From Nitrosopumilus sp. (lineage in GTDB: Archaea > Thermoproteota > Nitrososphaeria > Nitrososphaerales > Nitrosopumilaceae), in assembly GCA_965207445.1 (NCBI GenBank), contig CBDBLX010000002.1, positions 96,001-160,000 of the forward strand: 64,000 nt of DNA, read 5' to 3'. This document shows, one piece after another, positions 63,786 to 64,000 of the stretch. The notes under the pieces are model-generated. The model did not search any database. It saw only the letters and a list, made by a program, of their open reading frames with translations, and was not told the DNA's origin. Positions within the stretch are counted from its first letter, which is position 1. Each line of letters begins with the position of its first letter. The position numbers were made by a program, and so were the translations under genes.

Positions 63786-64000
63786 ATGCTTGATCTTCAC
63801 AAAAGAGTGTTTGGTCATATTACATTAAAAGAGATTATAGGCTCACAACCACCTGCAATTCCCGATACTAGAGACCTACTTGCATCAGAGTTAGATGTGC
63901 TGTTACAAGAACTCAAAGACAAAACTAGTAATGAAATATCACATCTATTACAAGAACAACACAAAATACAAGATATGGTCAATAGTAGACCAGGTGCCAT
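63786..64000 (+). CDS. Hypothetical protein, 3' end runs off the window
   Basis: Open frame MLDLHKRVFGHITLKEIIG...VNSRPGA. Confidence 0.6.
   Translation, partial: MLDLHKRVFGHITLKEIIGSQPPAIPDTRDLLASELDVLLQELKDKTSNEISHLLQEQHKIQDMVNSRPGA

Noticed and set aside
63815..64000. Minus-strand 61-aa ORF
   Set aside because: It overlaps a more protein-like plus-strand ORF starting at 63786.

Overview
This window comes from an ammonia-oxidising archaeon (Thaumarchaeota, Nitrosopumilaceae-like; inferred from the CdvB, CFI-box-type C-terminus, DP1/DP2, GGGP synthase, AcnX and S-layer-like genes). It includes the replication origin: ORB boxes and an AT-rich DUE at about 50.4-50.8 kb next to cdc6, flanked by the DP1 and DP2 genes. 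Housekeeping blocks cover cobalamin (cbiT/L/F/E), preQ0 (queC/queE/folE), thrB, pyrE, glyA and the archaeal mevalonate AcnX pair. They are interrupted by accessory regions at about 8-20, 23.5-31.5, 38.8-40.2 and 57.7-59.7 kb. The most unusual signal is three independent gene-disrupting insertions, each a 35-38 bp unique sequence flanked by a 35-36 bp duplication of the target gene, which is the geometry of CRISPR spacer integration at non-CRISPR sites. Second is a type I R-M locus with a HEPN RNase in the operon and its MNT antitoxin fused to HsdS; hsdR is decayed, an old hsdM tail remains, and a replacement hsdM lies between interleaved inverted repeats. Third is a 6.1-kb IS1595 transposon (TIRs, 8-bp TSD) carrying a Type IIG R-M gene and a nested IS630-bearing element, inserted 4 bp from an IS6 element. 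All calls come from visual motif reading; no database searches were run.
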